NCBI GenBank assembly: GCA_963781585.1
Contig: CAWAGQ010000013.1
Location: forward strand, 96,001 to 160,000
Origin: an uncultured Gemmatimonadaceae bacterium
GTDB lineage: Bacteria > Gemmatimonadota > Gemmatimonadetes > Gemmatimonadales > Gemmatimonadaceae
Length of the DNA: 64,000 bases
Direction: 5' to 3'
How positions within the stretch are numbered: the first letter of the stretch is position 1; every line of letters starts with the position of its first letter. Shown here piece after piece: positions 20,415 to 29,524 of the stretch. The notes under the pieces are model-generated. The model was not told the DNA's origin. It saw only the letters and a program-made list of their open reading frames with translations, and searched no databases. The translations under genes were made by a program, and so were the position numbers.

Positions 20415-21860
20415 ATGATCAAGAAACTCTCACCACCACCCACGGAATCGCCGCTCGGTCGTCGAGAGCGCGGGCACGGAAAACTCGTGTGCTGGCCGTA
20501 CCGCACGCCGGCTGACCGTCTCGCGGGCGTCGCCGTTCCATATGGATACGACGCGCGAGGCCGGGCGCTGTGGAAGTTCGTCCTCCGGCTCGACGGTAAG
20601 GCGGTCGTGATCCCAGCCCGTGACTGGCCGCACGCCAACAACGAGTCGCTGAAACGCCTCGGCAAGTGGGATGAGATCGTTGCCGCGAAGGCGGCGAGGA
20701 AAGAAGCGCGCAAGGCTCGGATCACCGGCATAGCCGCCAGTGAGGGATGGAGGTACGCCGACCTGACGCGCGAATGGCTAGCCCACAAGCATCAGCAGGG
20801 CAGGGCACGGCCCTCGACGCTCGCGGGGTACGCGGACGACCTCAAGCGTCACTTCGACCCGTTCTTCAACGTGAAGCTCGACAACCCGGCGCTCGCCGAA
20901 ATCACGCCGGTTGCCATTTCGGCTTTTCGTGCCGCAGTCACGGGGGCAAAGGGTGACCGGCGTCGCGAGAAATGGAACAAGCTGTTTTCACGAGGTTGGG
21001 AGATCTTTGAGTTCGCCCGCGCTCTCGGGAAGATCGACCGCAACCCGTGGATCGCGCCCGTTCATCGCTATCCCGAGCGAACCCGCGACGCGGAGCAGCA
21101 GACCACTGTAATTCCGGCGACGCAGTTGGATCTGATCCTCGACGAGGCCGAGAAGCTCGATGACCCTCGCGTTTCCGTCGCGGTGCTACTCGCTGGGTAC
21201 GGCGGCCTTCGGCTCGACGAGATGACGCACGTTCGCGTCGGCGACCTCACCGTCACCGACACGCTGGTGGATCTGAAGGTAACCAGTGGCTTTCCCTGCT
21301 CGTGCTCATCGTGCGCGAAGGACGGCAACAAGCACCTGACGAAAAATGGGACGACGCGCTACGTGCCGTTCTTGCCTGAGCACGGACAACGGTTCGCTGC
21401 ACATGTCGAACGGCTTCGCACCGCCGGCGTGAGCGGTCCCGAGACGTGGCTGCTCGCCTGCCTCGAACGGCAGCGTCGGTCGAAAGCGAAGCCGGGCAAC
21501 ATGGTCAGGCGCGATACCATCGCGGGAGCGGTCGAGGGACTCGTCGCACGGACGCTCGGTCTCGCGCCGGTCGTCTCGAAAAAGAAGGCCAAAAACAAGT
21601 CCGGACAGATCCGCGATGTGACGCGGACGCGCTACAAGCTGCCGAAGGGAGAGCGCATCCACGTACTACGCCACGCGGCGCGGACTCGGCTCTCGCATCT
21701 CGGCCTGCCGAGCGAGACCATAGACCTCATCATGGGTCACCGGCTCACGGGGATGCGCGGCACGTACACGCATCAGGACCGCGCTGCCGCGTATCGGCTC
21801 CTCTGCGAGAAAGCAGGCAGGAATCTTCCGAGCCCGGTGCAACTCGTCCGGAGCGCCTAA
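20415..21860 (+). CDS. int: tyrosine recombinase/integrase
   Basis: GGAGG RBS. Catalytic motifs GLRLDE (R), HVLRH (HxxR), IMGH and TY, plus a SAM-like RPSTLAGY...L..I region. Confidence 0.93.
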   Translation: MIKKLSPPPTESPLGRRERGHGKLVCWPYRTPADRLAGVAVPYGYDARGRALWKFVLRLDGKAVVIPARDWPHANNESLKRLGKWDEIVAAKAARKEARKARITGIAASEGWRYADLTREWLAHKHQQGRARPSTLAGYADDLKRHFDPFFNVKLDNPALAEITPVAISAFRAAVTGAKGDRRREKWNKLFSRGWEIFEFARALGKIDRNPWIAPVHRYPERTRDAEQQTTVIPATQLDLILDEAEKLDDPRVSVAVLLAGYGGLRLDEMTHVRVGDLTVTDTLVDLKVTSGFPCSCSSCAKDGNKHLTKNGTTRYVPFLPEHGQRFAAHVERLRTAGVSGPETWLLACLERQRRSKAKPGNMVRRDTIAGAVEGLVARTLGLAPVVSKKKAKNKSGQIRDVTRTRYKLPKGERIHVLRHAARTRLSHLGLPSETIDLIMGHRLTGMRGTYTHQDRAAAYRLLCEKAGRNLPSPVQLVRSA

Positions 21861-21941
21861 CGCCGACTCACCATCAGGTGAATACAAGGGCGTATATTTG
21901 ACTACATCGTAAATGGCTGGGCGCATCGCCAGCCCACCACG

Positions 21942-21982
21942 GAGCCGGGTGACGGGGGAGCCCTCGTTCCCCGGCTCTCTTT
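21942..21982 (+). terminator. GC-rich hairpin followed by TCTTT
   Basis: GAGCCGGG (21942-49) pairs with CCCGGCTC (21970-77), with inner pairing; lies downstream of int. Confidence 0.55.
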
Positions 21983-21998
21983 ATCACCGGAGTAATGC

Positions 21999-22175
21999 AT
22001 GAAAGCCAAGCGAAGGAAGACCCGCCCGTCAGCCACCCGCGCCGAAAGCATCCGGCGATCCTGGCAAGTTCAGTCGATTCGCCAGCGTCGGTCTGAGGGC
22101 GTACGGCGGTACCACGAGCGCGCCCGCGCCGCCCTCGAAGCGCAGGAACGCGAAGGTGGCATGGCCACGACGTGA
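21999..22175 (+). CDS. 58-aa arginine-rich protein
   Basis: Below the ORF-track cutoff; GGAG upstream. Sequence MKAKRRKTRPSATRAESIRRSWQVQSIRQRRSEGVRRYHERARAALEAQEREGGMATT. Confidence 0.45.
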   Translation: MKAKRRKTRPSATRAESIRRSWQVQSIRQRRSEGVRRYHERARAALEAQEREGGMATT

Positions 22176-22284
22176 GAGGTTGCTACCGCGCACCACGGTA
22201 GTCTGGTTGGGCACGACGAAAGAGAAGCGCGCCTCGGAGCCGAATCCGAAGGCGCGCACCTGAACCCGACAACTCAAATCAACA

Positions 22285-24183
22285 ATGGAATCGCAGGATA
22301 ATATCTCATCGCCGCTCGTCCAGCGGTTTTGCGACCTGTTTCAAGCTGCGGCGGTATCCGCGACCGCGACCGCTGCCTTCGCTCTCGTCGCGCACGCGGC
22401 GACACCCGTGGAAGCGGCGCACGCATATGCGTCCGCCGGGTTTCCCGTCATCGCGTGGCGAGCTGGCGCGGACGGTGCAAAGGTGCCGCTCATCGACGCG
22501 TGGCCGAGTGCTGCGACGAACGATCCCGGCGCGGCGGTGCGCTGGTGGGACCGCTGGCCCGACGCGGGCGTGGGGGTGGTCCTCGACGCCGGCTGGTGCG
22601 TCGTTGACATCGACGGCGACGATGGCCTACGGACGCTCGTCGAACGCGTTCAGCTTGGCGGACTGCCACTCGGCCCTCGCGTTAAGACTGGACGCGGGTA
22701 CCATCTATGGTATCGCGTTCCGCCCGCGCTCCAGTCAGGGCTTCGGAACGCGGCGAATGGCAAGGTTGAGTTCTACGTCGAGGCCCGCAAGCGATTCTTC
22801 GCCGCGCCGCCGTCGATACACCCGACCGGCGTCGCATACGCGTGGGAACACGCCGAGCTGCCGGTACCTGATCTTCCCGCCGACGCGTTCCGGTGGCTCA
22901 TCGACGTTGACGGCGACCACAGCGCGTCCAAGCCGAACGTGGCCGCGCCGCTTGTCGGTCGCCACGACGACCTATTTCGGGCGCTGTGCTCCATGCGGGC
23001 GCGCGGGTTCGACGAGGACGCAATCGAAGCCGCAGCCCAAAAGCAAAACGAAGCGTTCGCGGATGGTCCGCTCCCGGCCACGGAACTCGCGCGCATCGTG
23101 ACGATGGTCAACCGTTATCCGCTCGGGACGGCGCTGCCGAATCGTCCGACGACGCACGGCCTCACGCTCCGCCGCTACGACGAGATCGAGGAACGCCCGC
23201 TGTCGTGGGGGTGGCGCGGCGTGCTGCCGCGTCGGACGCTCTCGACCGTCGTGGGGGAACCCGGTCTCGGCAAGAGCCTCGTGACTTGCGACCTCGCGGC
23301 GCGATTTACGCGGGGCGAGGCGATGCCGGGCGGGAGCGCGAACGGGTTCGGCAGGCCGGTCAACGTCCTTATGATCGCCATCGAGGACGACCCCGAGGAC
23401 ACGATCAAGCCCCGGCTCGACGCTGCGGGCGCGGACATGATGCGCGTCTTCGACGTTCGCATGAAGGTCGAGACGAGCGACGACATCGGCGCGCTGCCGA
23501 CGTTCCCGGACGACGTGCCGCGCCTGTTCGAGCTAGTCCGTGAGCACGACATCAAGGTCATCATCGTCGACCCGATCACCGCCTGTCTCTCCGACAAGGT
23601 GAACGCCTGGAAGGACGCGGACGTAAGGCGGGCGCTCGCGCCGTTGATCACGCTGGCCCGCGAAGTGGATGCGGTGGCCCTCGGCGTTATGCACGTGAAC
23701 AAGAACGAGACGCAAAGCGCGATCAACCGTGTCGCCAACTCGAAGGCCTTTACGGCAGTCCCGCGCGCCGTGTGGTGGCTCGGCCGCGACCCCGAAGACG
23801 AGGCACATCAAGTGCTTGTTTCGGTCAAGTTCAATGTCGGGCCGAAAGATAAGAGCTACGGCTTCTGCATCACGGGCTTTGACGACAAGGCCCCGCGGGT
23901 GGCGTGGGACGCCGCGCCGGGAACCTTCACGGCGAAGGACCTCCAGCGGCCCCCGCTCGACGAACGGCGAGACGGGAGGTACGAGGCCGCCCTGCTCCTC
24001 TTGCAGCACCTCGGCACGGGGCTCGTCGTCGAAAGCCGCGAGATCAAGGAAGCGGCGAAGGGCAGAGGAGTCGGTGAGAAAACGCTCGAACGGGTCGCGA
24101 AGGAGTTTGGGGTCGTGATCACGCGGACCTCGGAAGTGCCGTCGCGCACCACGTGGCGGTGGCCGTCGCGACTGACCTACTAG
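22285..24183 (+). CDS. bifunctional primase-polymerase with PriCT-like and AAA (RepA/RecA-like) helicase domains
   Basis: PrimPol motifs WWDRWPDA, VVDID, TGRGYHLWY, APPSIHPTG..Y.W; Walker A GEPGLGKS; IIVDPI; VMHVNK. Confidence 0.9.
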   Translation: MESQDNISSPLVQRFCDLFQAAAVSATATAAFALVAHAATPVEAAHAYASAGFPVIAWRAGADGAKVPLIDAWPSAATNDPGAAVRWWDRWPDAGVGVVLDAGWCVVDIDGDDGLRTLVERVQLGGLPLGPRVKTGRGYHLWYRVPPALQSGLRNAANGKVEFYVEARKRFFAAPPSIHPTGVAYAWEHAELPVPDLPADAFRWLIDVDGDHSASKPNVAAPLVGRHDDLFRALCSMRARGFDEDAIEAAAQKQNEAFADGPLPATELARIVTMVNRYPLGTALPNRPTTHGLTLRRYDEIEERPLSWGWRGVLPRRTLSTVVGEPGLGKSLVTCDLAARFTRGEAMPGGSANGFGRPVNVLMIAIEDDPEDTIKPRLDAAGADMMRVFDVRMKVETSDDIGALPTFPDDVPRLFELVREHDIKVIIVDPITACLSDKVNAWKDADVRRALAPLITLAREVDAVALGVMHVNKNETQSAINRVANSKAFTAVPRAVWWLGRDPEDEAHQVLVSVKFNVGPKDKSYGFCITGFDDKAPRVAWDAAPGTFTAKDLQRPPLDERRDGRYEAALLLLQHLGTGLVVESREIKEAAKGRGVGEKTLERVAKEFGVVITRTSEVPSRTTWRWPSRLTY

Positions 24184-24189
24184 CACGCG

Positions 24190-24560
24190 GTGTCGCGTGT
24201 AACCAATGATACAAATCCACGGACCGAAGGTTATAAAAAGTAGGAGTGTCTCAACCAGGAGGAAGAATCGCGTAACTCGTTGGCACCTAACGCCGCTTCC
24301 AGTCGCGACACTTCGCGTGAAAAGGGCAGTCGCGACACGCGTCATTCACGGTGGGGCGGAGCCTCCGCTTCCAGTCGCGACACGGCGGGTCGAATACAGG
24401 GAGGCCTGGCCTACAGCCTCGCTGAATGCCCCGGAAAATGCCTGCCGCGACCACGGCGGGACACCAGCGCGGGACACCACCGCCCGGCCGATTGTAACAA
24501 GCTCACATAAGTGCTGTCGTGGCAAAGCTTTATGCACAAAGACTATCATATCAGGTACGC
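24190..24560. repeat. iteron-like repeats with AT-rich flanks; candidate replication origin
   Basis: CAGTCGCGACAC at 24300, 24327 and 24372 (19-bp identity between copies 1 and 3); GCGGGACACCA at 24456 and 24469; AT-rich tracts near 24200-24245 and 24490-24560. Confidence 0.7.
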
Positions 24561-24709
24561 TAGTTCGTCTTCGCGACAAGCCCCTAGAACACGCTCAGAC
24601 CGCCTCGCGTGCCGCCGACCTATTTCTCCCTGTCCTCACGCACGGATTGCCCTTACCGTGGCATCTGGTGCCACCACCAACCGGTTCGCTGGACCTAACG
24701 AGTTCCTCA

Positions 24710-25312
24710 ATGAAGAACCCAAAGGAAGTGAAAGCGCCGCCCTTCCCAGACCTGCTCGCTGCGCTCGACCAGTACGATCCGCGGCTATCTGCGGAGGTGC
24801 GCGCCCTCCTCGCAGAGCTAAGAAGGGTCATCGCGGAGACCGGAGCGGCAACGGGAGGAGAAGGGCTGTCCGAAACCGCAGTCACAACGATCAAAGACAT
24901 CGCGACCGCCCACGTCGGCTCCGCGATGTACAACCAGCTCTCGTTGCAGTACTCGGCGGGTCTCCCGCTGAATAAGGGCGGCGAGAAGCGGGGCGTGATT
25001 CTGAGAGCGATGGAGAAGGCAAACCCTTGGTTCAGCGCGGCACGGTTCAAGGGGATGGATGGTCGCTTGCTTAAGAAGCCAAGCGGTCAGGCTAATCTGC
25101 GGGCGCGCGGCCGTGCGGCAGCCAAGGCGCGCGAGCTTCCGCGCGTGGACATTGACGAGCTGACTGAGCGTGAGGGCGACGCCATTTACGCGGAACTAAA
25201 GGCGGAGGACCAAGCGCGGCTCGCCGCCGGGAAGCGACCGCGGAAGTCCGTCGAAATCCAAAGGCAAGCGGAGGTGCGCGCCGCCCGTCGCCTAAAGGAG
25301 CGCGGCCAGTGA
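24710..25312 (+). CDS. hypothetical protein
   Basis: 200 aa from ATG 24710, helical and basic. The upstream ORF extension runs through the repeats and is probably non-coding. Confidence 0.6.
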   Translation: MKNPKEVKAPPFPDLLAALDQYDPRLSAEVRALLAELRRVIAETGAATGGEGLSETAVTTIKDIATAHVGSAMYNQLSLQYSAGLPLNKGGEKRGVILRAMEKANPWFSAARFKGMDGRLLKKPSGQANLRARGRAAAKARELPRVDIDELTEREGDAIYAELKAEDQARLAAGKRPRKSVEIQRQAEVRAARRLKERGQ

Positions 25313-25465
25313 CAGCGCTGTATCGGACTCGTTAGGGCCATCACGGTACCTTGAAAAACGTATCGAGGCCTCACGCCTCGACGCGCTACGGACGACGGTC
25401 GGCCAGCGGAACTGAAAATCTCCGCCGCTGGTCGGCCGAAGCCCCGGACCTCAAGGAATACCAAG

Positions 25466-26068
25466 ATGGCAACAACCACCAAGCCAGAAACGCTCGACCA
25501 GAGGCGCGCTCGCCTACAGGGCGAGTGCAATCACCTCACGTGTGACGCGCGGGATGCGCTCGAGGAGAAGCTGATTGCGGCAGATACAGCGGAGAAGGCG
25601 GCCGCTACGGCCGACGACGGACCCGCATGGCAAGCCGCTCGACGAGCCAAGGCCGACCTGATTCAGGAGCGTGAGGAACTCGTCGCGAGCATCGAGGCGA
25701 AGCAGCTCGCGCTCAAAGAGTGTGAGTGGCAGATCGCCAAGCGAGACCGGGACGCCGGAATCCGCGAGGTGCAGGCGCACGCCAAGACTGCGGCCGACGT
25801 CGCGCCGGAGATCGTCGAAGCTGTCGAGACCCTCGCCGACGCCCTGCAGCGCTTCGCAGGCCAGTGCGCCGGGGTCTATCGCGCTGGCGCGGCGGTGGAC
25901 CACGACAACGAGCGCGGCCTTCGCGAGCTGACGTCGAAGGAACGCGTGTGGCGCGACGTGGAATATCACCTGCGCGCGGCGCTCGGACTTTCCACCGGCG
26001 CGTTCATTCACGGCACGGCGCTCGATCAGGCAAGCGAGCTAACAACGTACGCCGAGACGCTCCGATGA
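25466..26068 (+). CDS. coiled-coil hypothetical protein
   Basis: AAGGA RBS; Ala/Glu-rich helical sequence; first gene of a translationally coupled run. Confidence 0.75.
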   Translation: MATTTKPETLDQRRARLQGECNHLTCDARDALEEKLIAADTAEKAAATADDGPAWQAARRAKADLIQEREELVASIEAKQLALKECEWQIAKRDRDAGIREVQAHAKTAADVAPEIVEAVETLADALQRFAGQCAGVYRAGAAVDHDNERGLRELTSKERVWRDVEYHLRAALGLSTGAFIHGTALDQASELTTYAETLR

Positions 26069-26301
26069 CGCCCGACCGCCGGGCGGAGCTTCGCACCGTC
26101 GCGCGTGCCTATGCCTTCGACGTCGCCTTCGGTGGCGCGCCGCTCGTCGGGGCGATGGCGCGCACCTGGGGCCACGCCGAATCACGCGAGGAATCCCGTC
26201 GCGTCCTCGCCGACTTCAATACTGCCTTCCGCCACTTCGCCCGTCGCGCCGGTCGCGCGGCGATCCGCTCCACACTTCGTGAGGTCCGCCGTGAGCGATA
26301 A
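26065..26301 (+). CDS. hypothetical protein
   Basis: ATGA overlap with the upstream stop; begins MTPDRRAELR. Confidence 0.6.
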   Translation: MTPDRRAELRTVARAYAFDVAFGGAPLVGAMARTWGHAESREESRRVLADFNTAFRHFARRAGRAAIRSTLREVRRER

Positions 26302-26647
26302 CACGTTCGTTCTACCGGCGAAAGCCGCACATGCGTTCCGACCGGGCGAGATGATTCCGGAGGACGGCTTCACCCGCTTCGTGCCCTACTTCCCTCGTCT
26401 GACCGGCGAGTCCGACGCCGCCTACGCGGCTCGGCTAGAAGCTGTCGGGTTAGCCGTAGTCATTACCTCCGAGGATGCCCGCGACATCGCTACGTACCGA
26501 GGACTCGTAACCGAGGCCGTAACGCGGAAGCTGCCTATCGCGATGCTGACCTCTCCGATTTCCGACGACCCGGGCGACGTGGACCTCGCGACTAGAGAAG
26601 CGGCGAAGGCGGCCGCCCTCGAAGCTGCGCACAGAGCCAAACCCTGA
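26291..26647 (+). CDS. hypothetical protein
   Basis: GAGG then GTG 26291, overlapping the previous gene. Confidence 0.6.
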   Translation: MSDNTFVLPAKAAHAFRPGEMIPEDGFTRFVPYFPRLTGESDAAYAARLEAVGLAVVITSEDARDIATYRGLVTEAVTRKLPIAMLTSPISDDPGDVDLATREAAKAAALEAAHRAKP

Positions 26648-26661
26648 ACCGATACACTCCC

Positions 26662-26841
26662 ATGGCAAACAATTCGAAGCTTGACCCGTCCCCCACCTAT
26701 AGCCCGTCGCATCACGACATCGATGAGTGGCACCGCGCTCGTCAGGCTCCCGGCAACGCGCCCGCGAACTCGCCCGCCGCGCCGGGAAACGCGCCGCGTG
26801 AGAACGTCGAACGTCCCGAGAAGTCGAAGGACGGCCGATGA
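26662..26841 (+). CDS. 59-aa Pro/Asn-rich hypothetical protein
   Basis: MANNSKLDPSPTY...; its stop overlaps the next ATG (ATGA). Confidence 0.45.
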   Translation: MANNSKLDPSPTYSPSHHDIDEWHRARQAPGNAPANSPAAPGNAPRENVERPEKSKDGR

Positions 26842-27206
26842 CCGCGACGGTCGGGCTGACGGTCGGCCTTACCGACGAAGACGAGCGCCTGATCGAGCGG
26901 CTGATCGACGCCGCGCTCGTCAGGCGCTTCGGATCGAGTAACGGCGCTCCCTCCGAGTCTGACCGGCTCGCTTCGTGGCGCGAGCGGCTTTGGACGTGCG
27001 CGCCGGATACGCGCCTGTTTGCCGACGAAGTCGCGGCGGCTCTCGGCGTGTCGAAGCGGACCGTCTACCGCTGGGTAGACGTGAAGCACCTTCCCTGCCG
27101 ACGCCGCGACGACGGGCTCGTGTTCCTCGCGGGTGACGTCCGAAGGTGGGCCGACGAACAGGAAACGGTGGTCAACTCGGCCGCGCGGCTTCGGAAGGTC
27201 GGGTGA
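26838..27206 (+). CDS. excisionase-like helix-turn-helix protein
   Basis: DEVAAALGVSKRTVYRWV...LPC...F...DVRRW matches the Xis/HTH_17 pattern. Confidence 0.8.
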   Translation: MTATVGLTVGLTDEDERLIERLIDAALVRRFGSSNGAPSESDRLASWRERLWTCAPDTRLFADEVAAALGVSKRTVYRWVDVKHLPCRRRDDGLVFLAGDVRRWADEQETVVNSAARLRKVG

Positions 27207-27210
27207 CGCC

Positions 27211-27474
27211 GTGACCTTCCGCGCGGCAAAGCGCCACGCGTCCCGCGAGGGACTTCGAATCCCCCGGCCTCCGAAGACGCTCGACGACGCCGTTAGGCTC
27301 GCGTCGTGGGTGTCGATCCAGGTCGCGCGCGGGAATATCAGCCATCACGACGCCCGCGCCATCACGGACGCGCTCAAGGAATTTCGCGAGCTGCTCGGCG
27401 TTCGCGACGCGAGGGTCGAGGCCGAGTCCCTGCGTCGCCAGATCGCTGAGCTAAAGGCGCGAGCCGGTGAATAG
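27211..27474 (+). CDS. small helical protein, candidate terminase small subunit
   Basis: Directly upstream of and overlapping terL, with a C-terminal coiled coil. The call is positional only. Confidence 0.4.
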   Translation: MTFRAAKRHASREGLRIPRPPKTLDDAVRLASWVSIQVARGNISHHDARAITDALKEFRELLGVRDARVEAESLRRQIAELKARAGE

Positions 27475-28993
27475 GCGAGAGCTAGAGCGACTTCGCCGCG
27501 AACTCGGCGAGCTGGAAGAGCGGCTCTACGGCACCGCGCCGTGGCCCGACCTCTCCCGGTACGCCGGGCGCGCCCGCGCCTTCGCGGAAGACGTTTGCCA
27601 CGCGGTGCTGCTCTCCTGGCAGGGCGAGGCGTTTGACGCGCTCGACGCGAACCGGCTCCTTGCCGTCGCGTCGTGCAACGGCGCGGGCAAGACCGCGTGG
27701 GCGCCGCTCGCGCTCCTGTACGTGGCGGCGGTGCTCGGTGCGAAGGCCGTCTATCTGACCGCCAACGAGCGGACGGCGCGCACGACGATGGTGCGCGAGC
27801 TAAAGCGGTGGGTCCGCGCCGCGAAGCTGCCGTGCTCGGTCTACAACCACGGCGTCGAAACGCCTAACGGCGGCGTGATCCTCGTCCTGTCGCCCGCCGA
27901 GATGGAAGCGGCCGCGGGCCAGCACGACCCCGAGATGGTGGTGATCGTGGACGAGGCCTCGGCGCTCGAAGACGACATCTTCGAGGCGCTGATGGGCAAC
28001 GCCGTGTCGGAGCGCAACCGGCTGGTTCTGCTAGGCAACCCGCTCCGCGCCTCCGGACCGTTCGCGACTGCGCTCCGCGCCGCACAGGGCTGGTGGAAGC
28101 GCTTCGTGACCGCCGCCGAGGTGATGGCCGACGCGAACTATGCGAACATCGCGGGCCTCATCAGCAAGCCGGGCGTGGACGCGCTCCGTCAAACGTTCGG
28201 TGAGGAGTCGATGGCGTTCGCGAGCCGCGTATACGCGCGGCTTCCGGTCGCCGACGCGGACGCGCTCTATCCGGAGGCGCTGTTAGAAGCGGCCGTCGAG
28301 CGCTGGCGAGCCGGCACGCTTCGGAGGAAGCACGCGAACGCGCGTCTCAAGGCGGGGCTCGACCTGGCCGCGTCCGAGGACGGCGACGCGTCGGCGCTGG
28401 CGGTGGCCTTCGGCGGCGCGCACGTCGAGGCCATCCACACCATGCGGAGCCGCGACACGATGAAGGTCGCGGGCTGGGCGGTCGCCACACTCGGCGCGTA
28501 CAACGCGCGGCGTCGCCCTAGCTTCGCGATGGCCGAAGCCGTCCGGGACCTCGGCCTAACGAGCCCCGGCGATCCCCTCATCCAGCTTCGCGACGTGAGC
28601 ATCTATGGCGACGAGATCGCGTGGGGAAAGGGCTGCATCGACCGGCTCAAGGAGGCGGGCTTTGCGGCTTACGGCATCAATGTTTCACGACGACCGGCCG
28701 AGGCCGACAAGGCGGCGATCTACGCGAACGAGCGGGCGCGCATCGCCTACGCGTTCCGCGAAAGGCTGGTGCAGGGGACCGTGGCGATCCCACCAGACGA
28801 CGAGCTGCTGGAAGAACTACGCGCCTATAAGGCCTTCGCGAACAGCGCCGGGAAGCAGCAGTGCGTCAGCAAGGGCGAGCTTCGGCAGGTGCTCGGCCGA
28901 AGCCCCGACAAGATGGACGCGGTGCTGCTGGCGACGTGCGCGGACGCGTCGCCGACGTTCGACGCCGACGAGAGTGGCTTGATCGCGTTCTAG
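27467..28993 (+). CDS. terL: terminase large subunit
   Basis: Walker A ASCNGAGKT, Walker B VVIVDEAS, LLGNP coupling motif, nuclease motifs GLDLA...GDAS and RSPDKMDA. Confidence 0.88.
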   Translation: MNRRELERLRRELGELEERLYGTAPWPDLSRYAGRARAFAEDVCHAVLLSWQGEAFDALDANRLLAVASCNGAGKTAWAPLALLYVAAVLGAKAVYLTANERTARTTMVRELKRWVRAAKLPCSVYNHGVETPNGGVILVLSPAEMEAAAGQHDPEMVVIVDEASALEDDIFEALMGNAVSERNRLVLLGNPLRASGPFATALRAAQGWWKRFVTAAEVMADANYANIAGLISKPGVDALRQTFGEESMAFASRVYARLPVADADALYPEALLEAAVERWRAGTLRRKHANARLKAGLDLAASEDGDASALAVAFGGAHVEAIHTMRSRDTMKVAGWAVATLGAYNARRRPSFAMAEAVRDLGLTSPGDPLIQLRDVSIYGDEIAWGKGCIDRLKEAGFAAYGINVSRRPAEADKAAIYANERARIAYAFRERLVQGTVAIPPDDELLEELRAYKAFANSAGKQQCVSKGELRQVLGRSPDKMDAVLLATCADASPTFDADESGLIAF

Positions 28994-29514
28994 GTTGCGT
29001 CCAGCAACGCGTCGATGATGGTCATGCTCTCGCTGAGAGAATCGTAGCTCGGCCGATCAACCCAACCGAACCTCTCCTCGCCGGAGACAAACGCGGCACC
29101 GAGGAGGCTGCTAACCGGTATGACGCCAGGATAGCAGACCTCCACTGGTACGATCATTGGGAGGTGCTGGCCACAGCGCCGAGTTGCCTCGCGCGACGAC
29201 ACCGGAGCAGTCGGAAGCAAACCGCGATCAACGCAAAGTAGAACGGTCAACCTGTGGAGGAACACAAACCGCTCCCACTGACGATGCGTGTCGGGGTGGA
29301 ATACCTCTTCGGGTCGTGCTGCGGCGAAGTCAAAGAGCGAGATAGCGCCCAACTGCCGACAGCAGGAGTCGCGCGACTGCGGAAAGGTGTCCCGCATCGA
29401 CCCGTCCCAAGGTCTAATCTCGCCGCACTTTACGATCTCTGCGAAGTGACGAACGCTCGTCGCGTGTATAGGTCCCTTCAGAAGAATTCGATACAGCGGG
29501 TGTTCTTTCTCCAC
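28990..29514 (-). CDS. hypothetical protein with ADP-ribosyltransferase-like motif order
   Basis: IHATS...IVKCGEIRP, then ISLFD, then PVEVCYPGVIP; start GTG 29514 assumed. Confidence 0.5.
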   Translation of the reverse strand: MEKEHPLYRILLKGPIHATSVRHFAEIVKCGEIRPWDGSMRDTFPQSRDSCCRQLGAISLFDFAAARPEEVFHPDTHRQWERFVFLHRLTVLLCVDRGLLPTAPVSSREATRRCGQHLPMIVPVEVCYPGVIPVSSLLGAAFVSGEERFGWVDRPSYDSLSESMTIIDALLDAT

Positions 29515-29524
29515 GGCGATGCCA

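Noticed and set aside
24293..24383. Repeats as a possible CRISPR array
   Set aside because: Only 12-19 bp long, irregular spacing (27 and 45 bp), and no cas genes.
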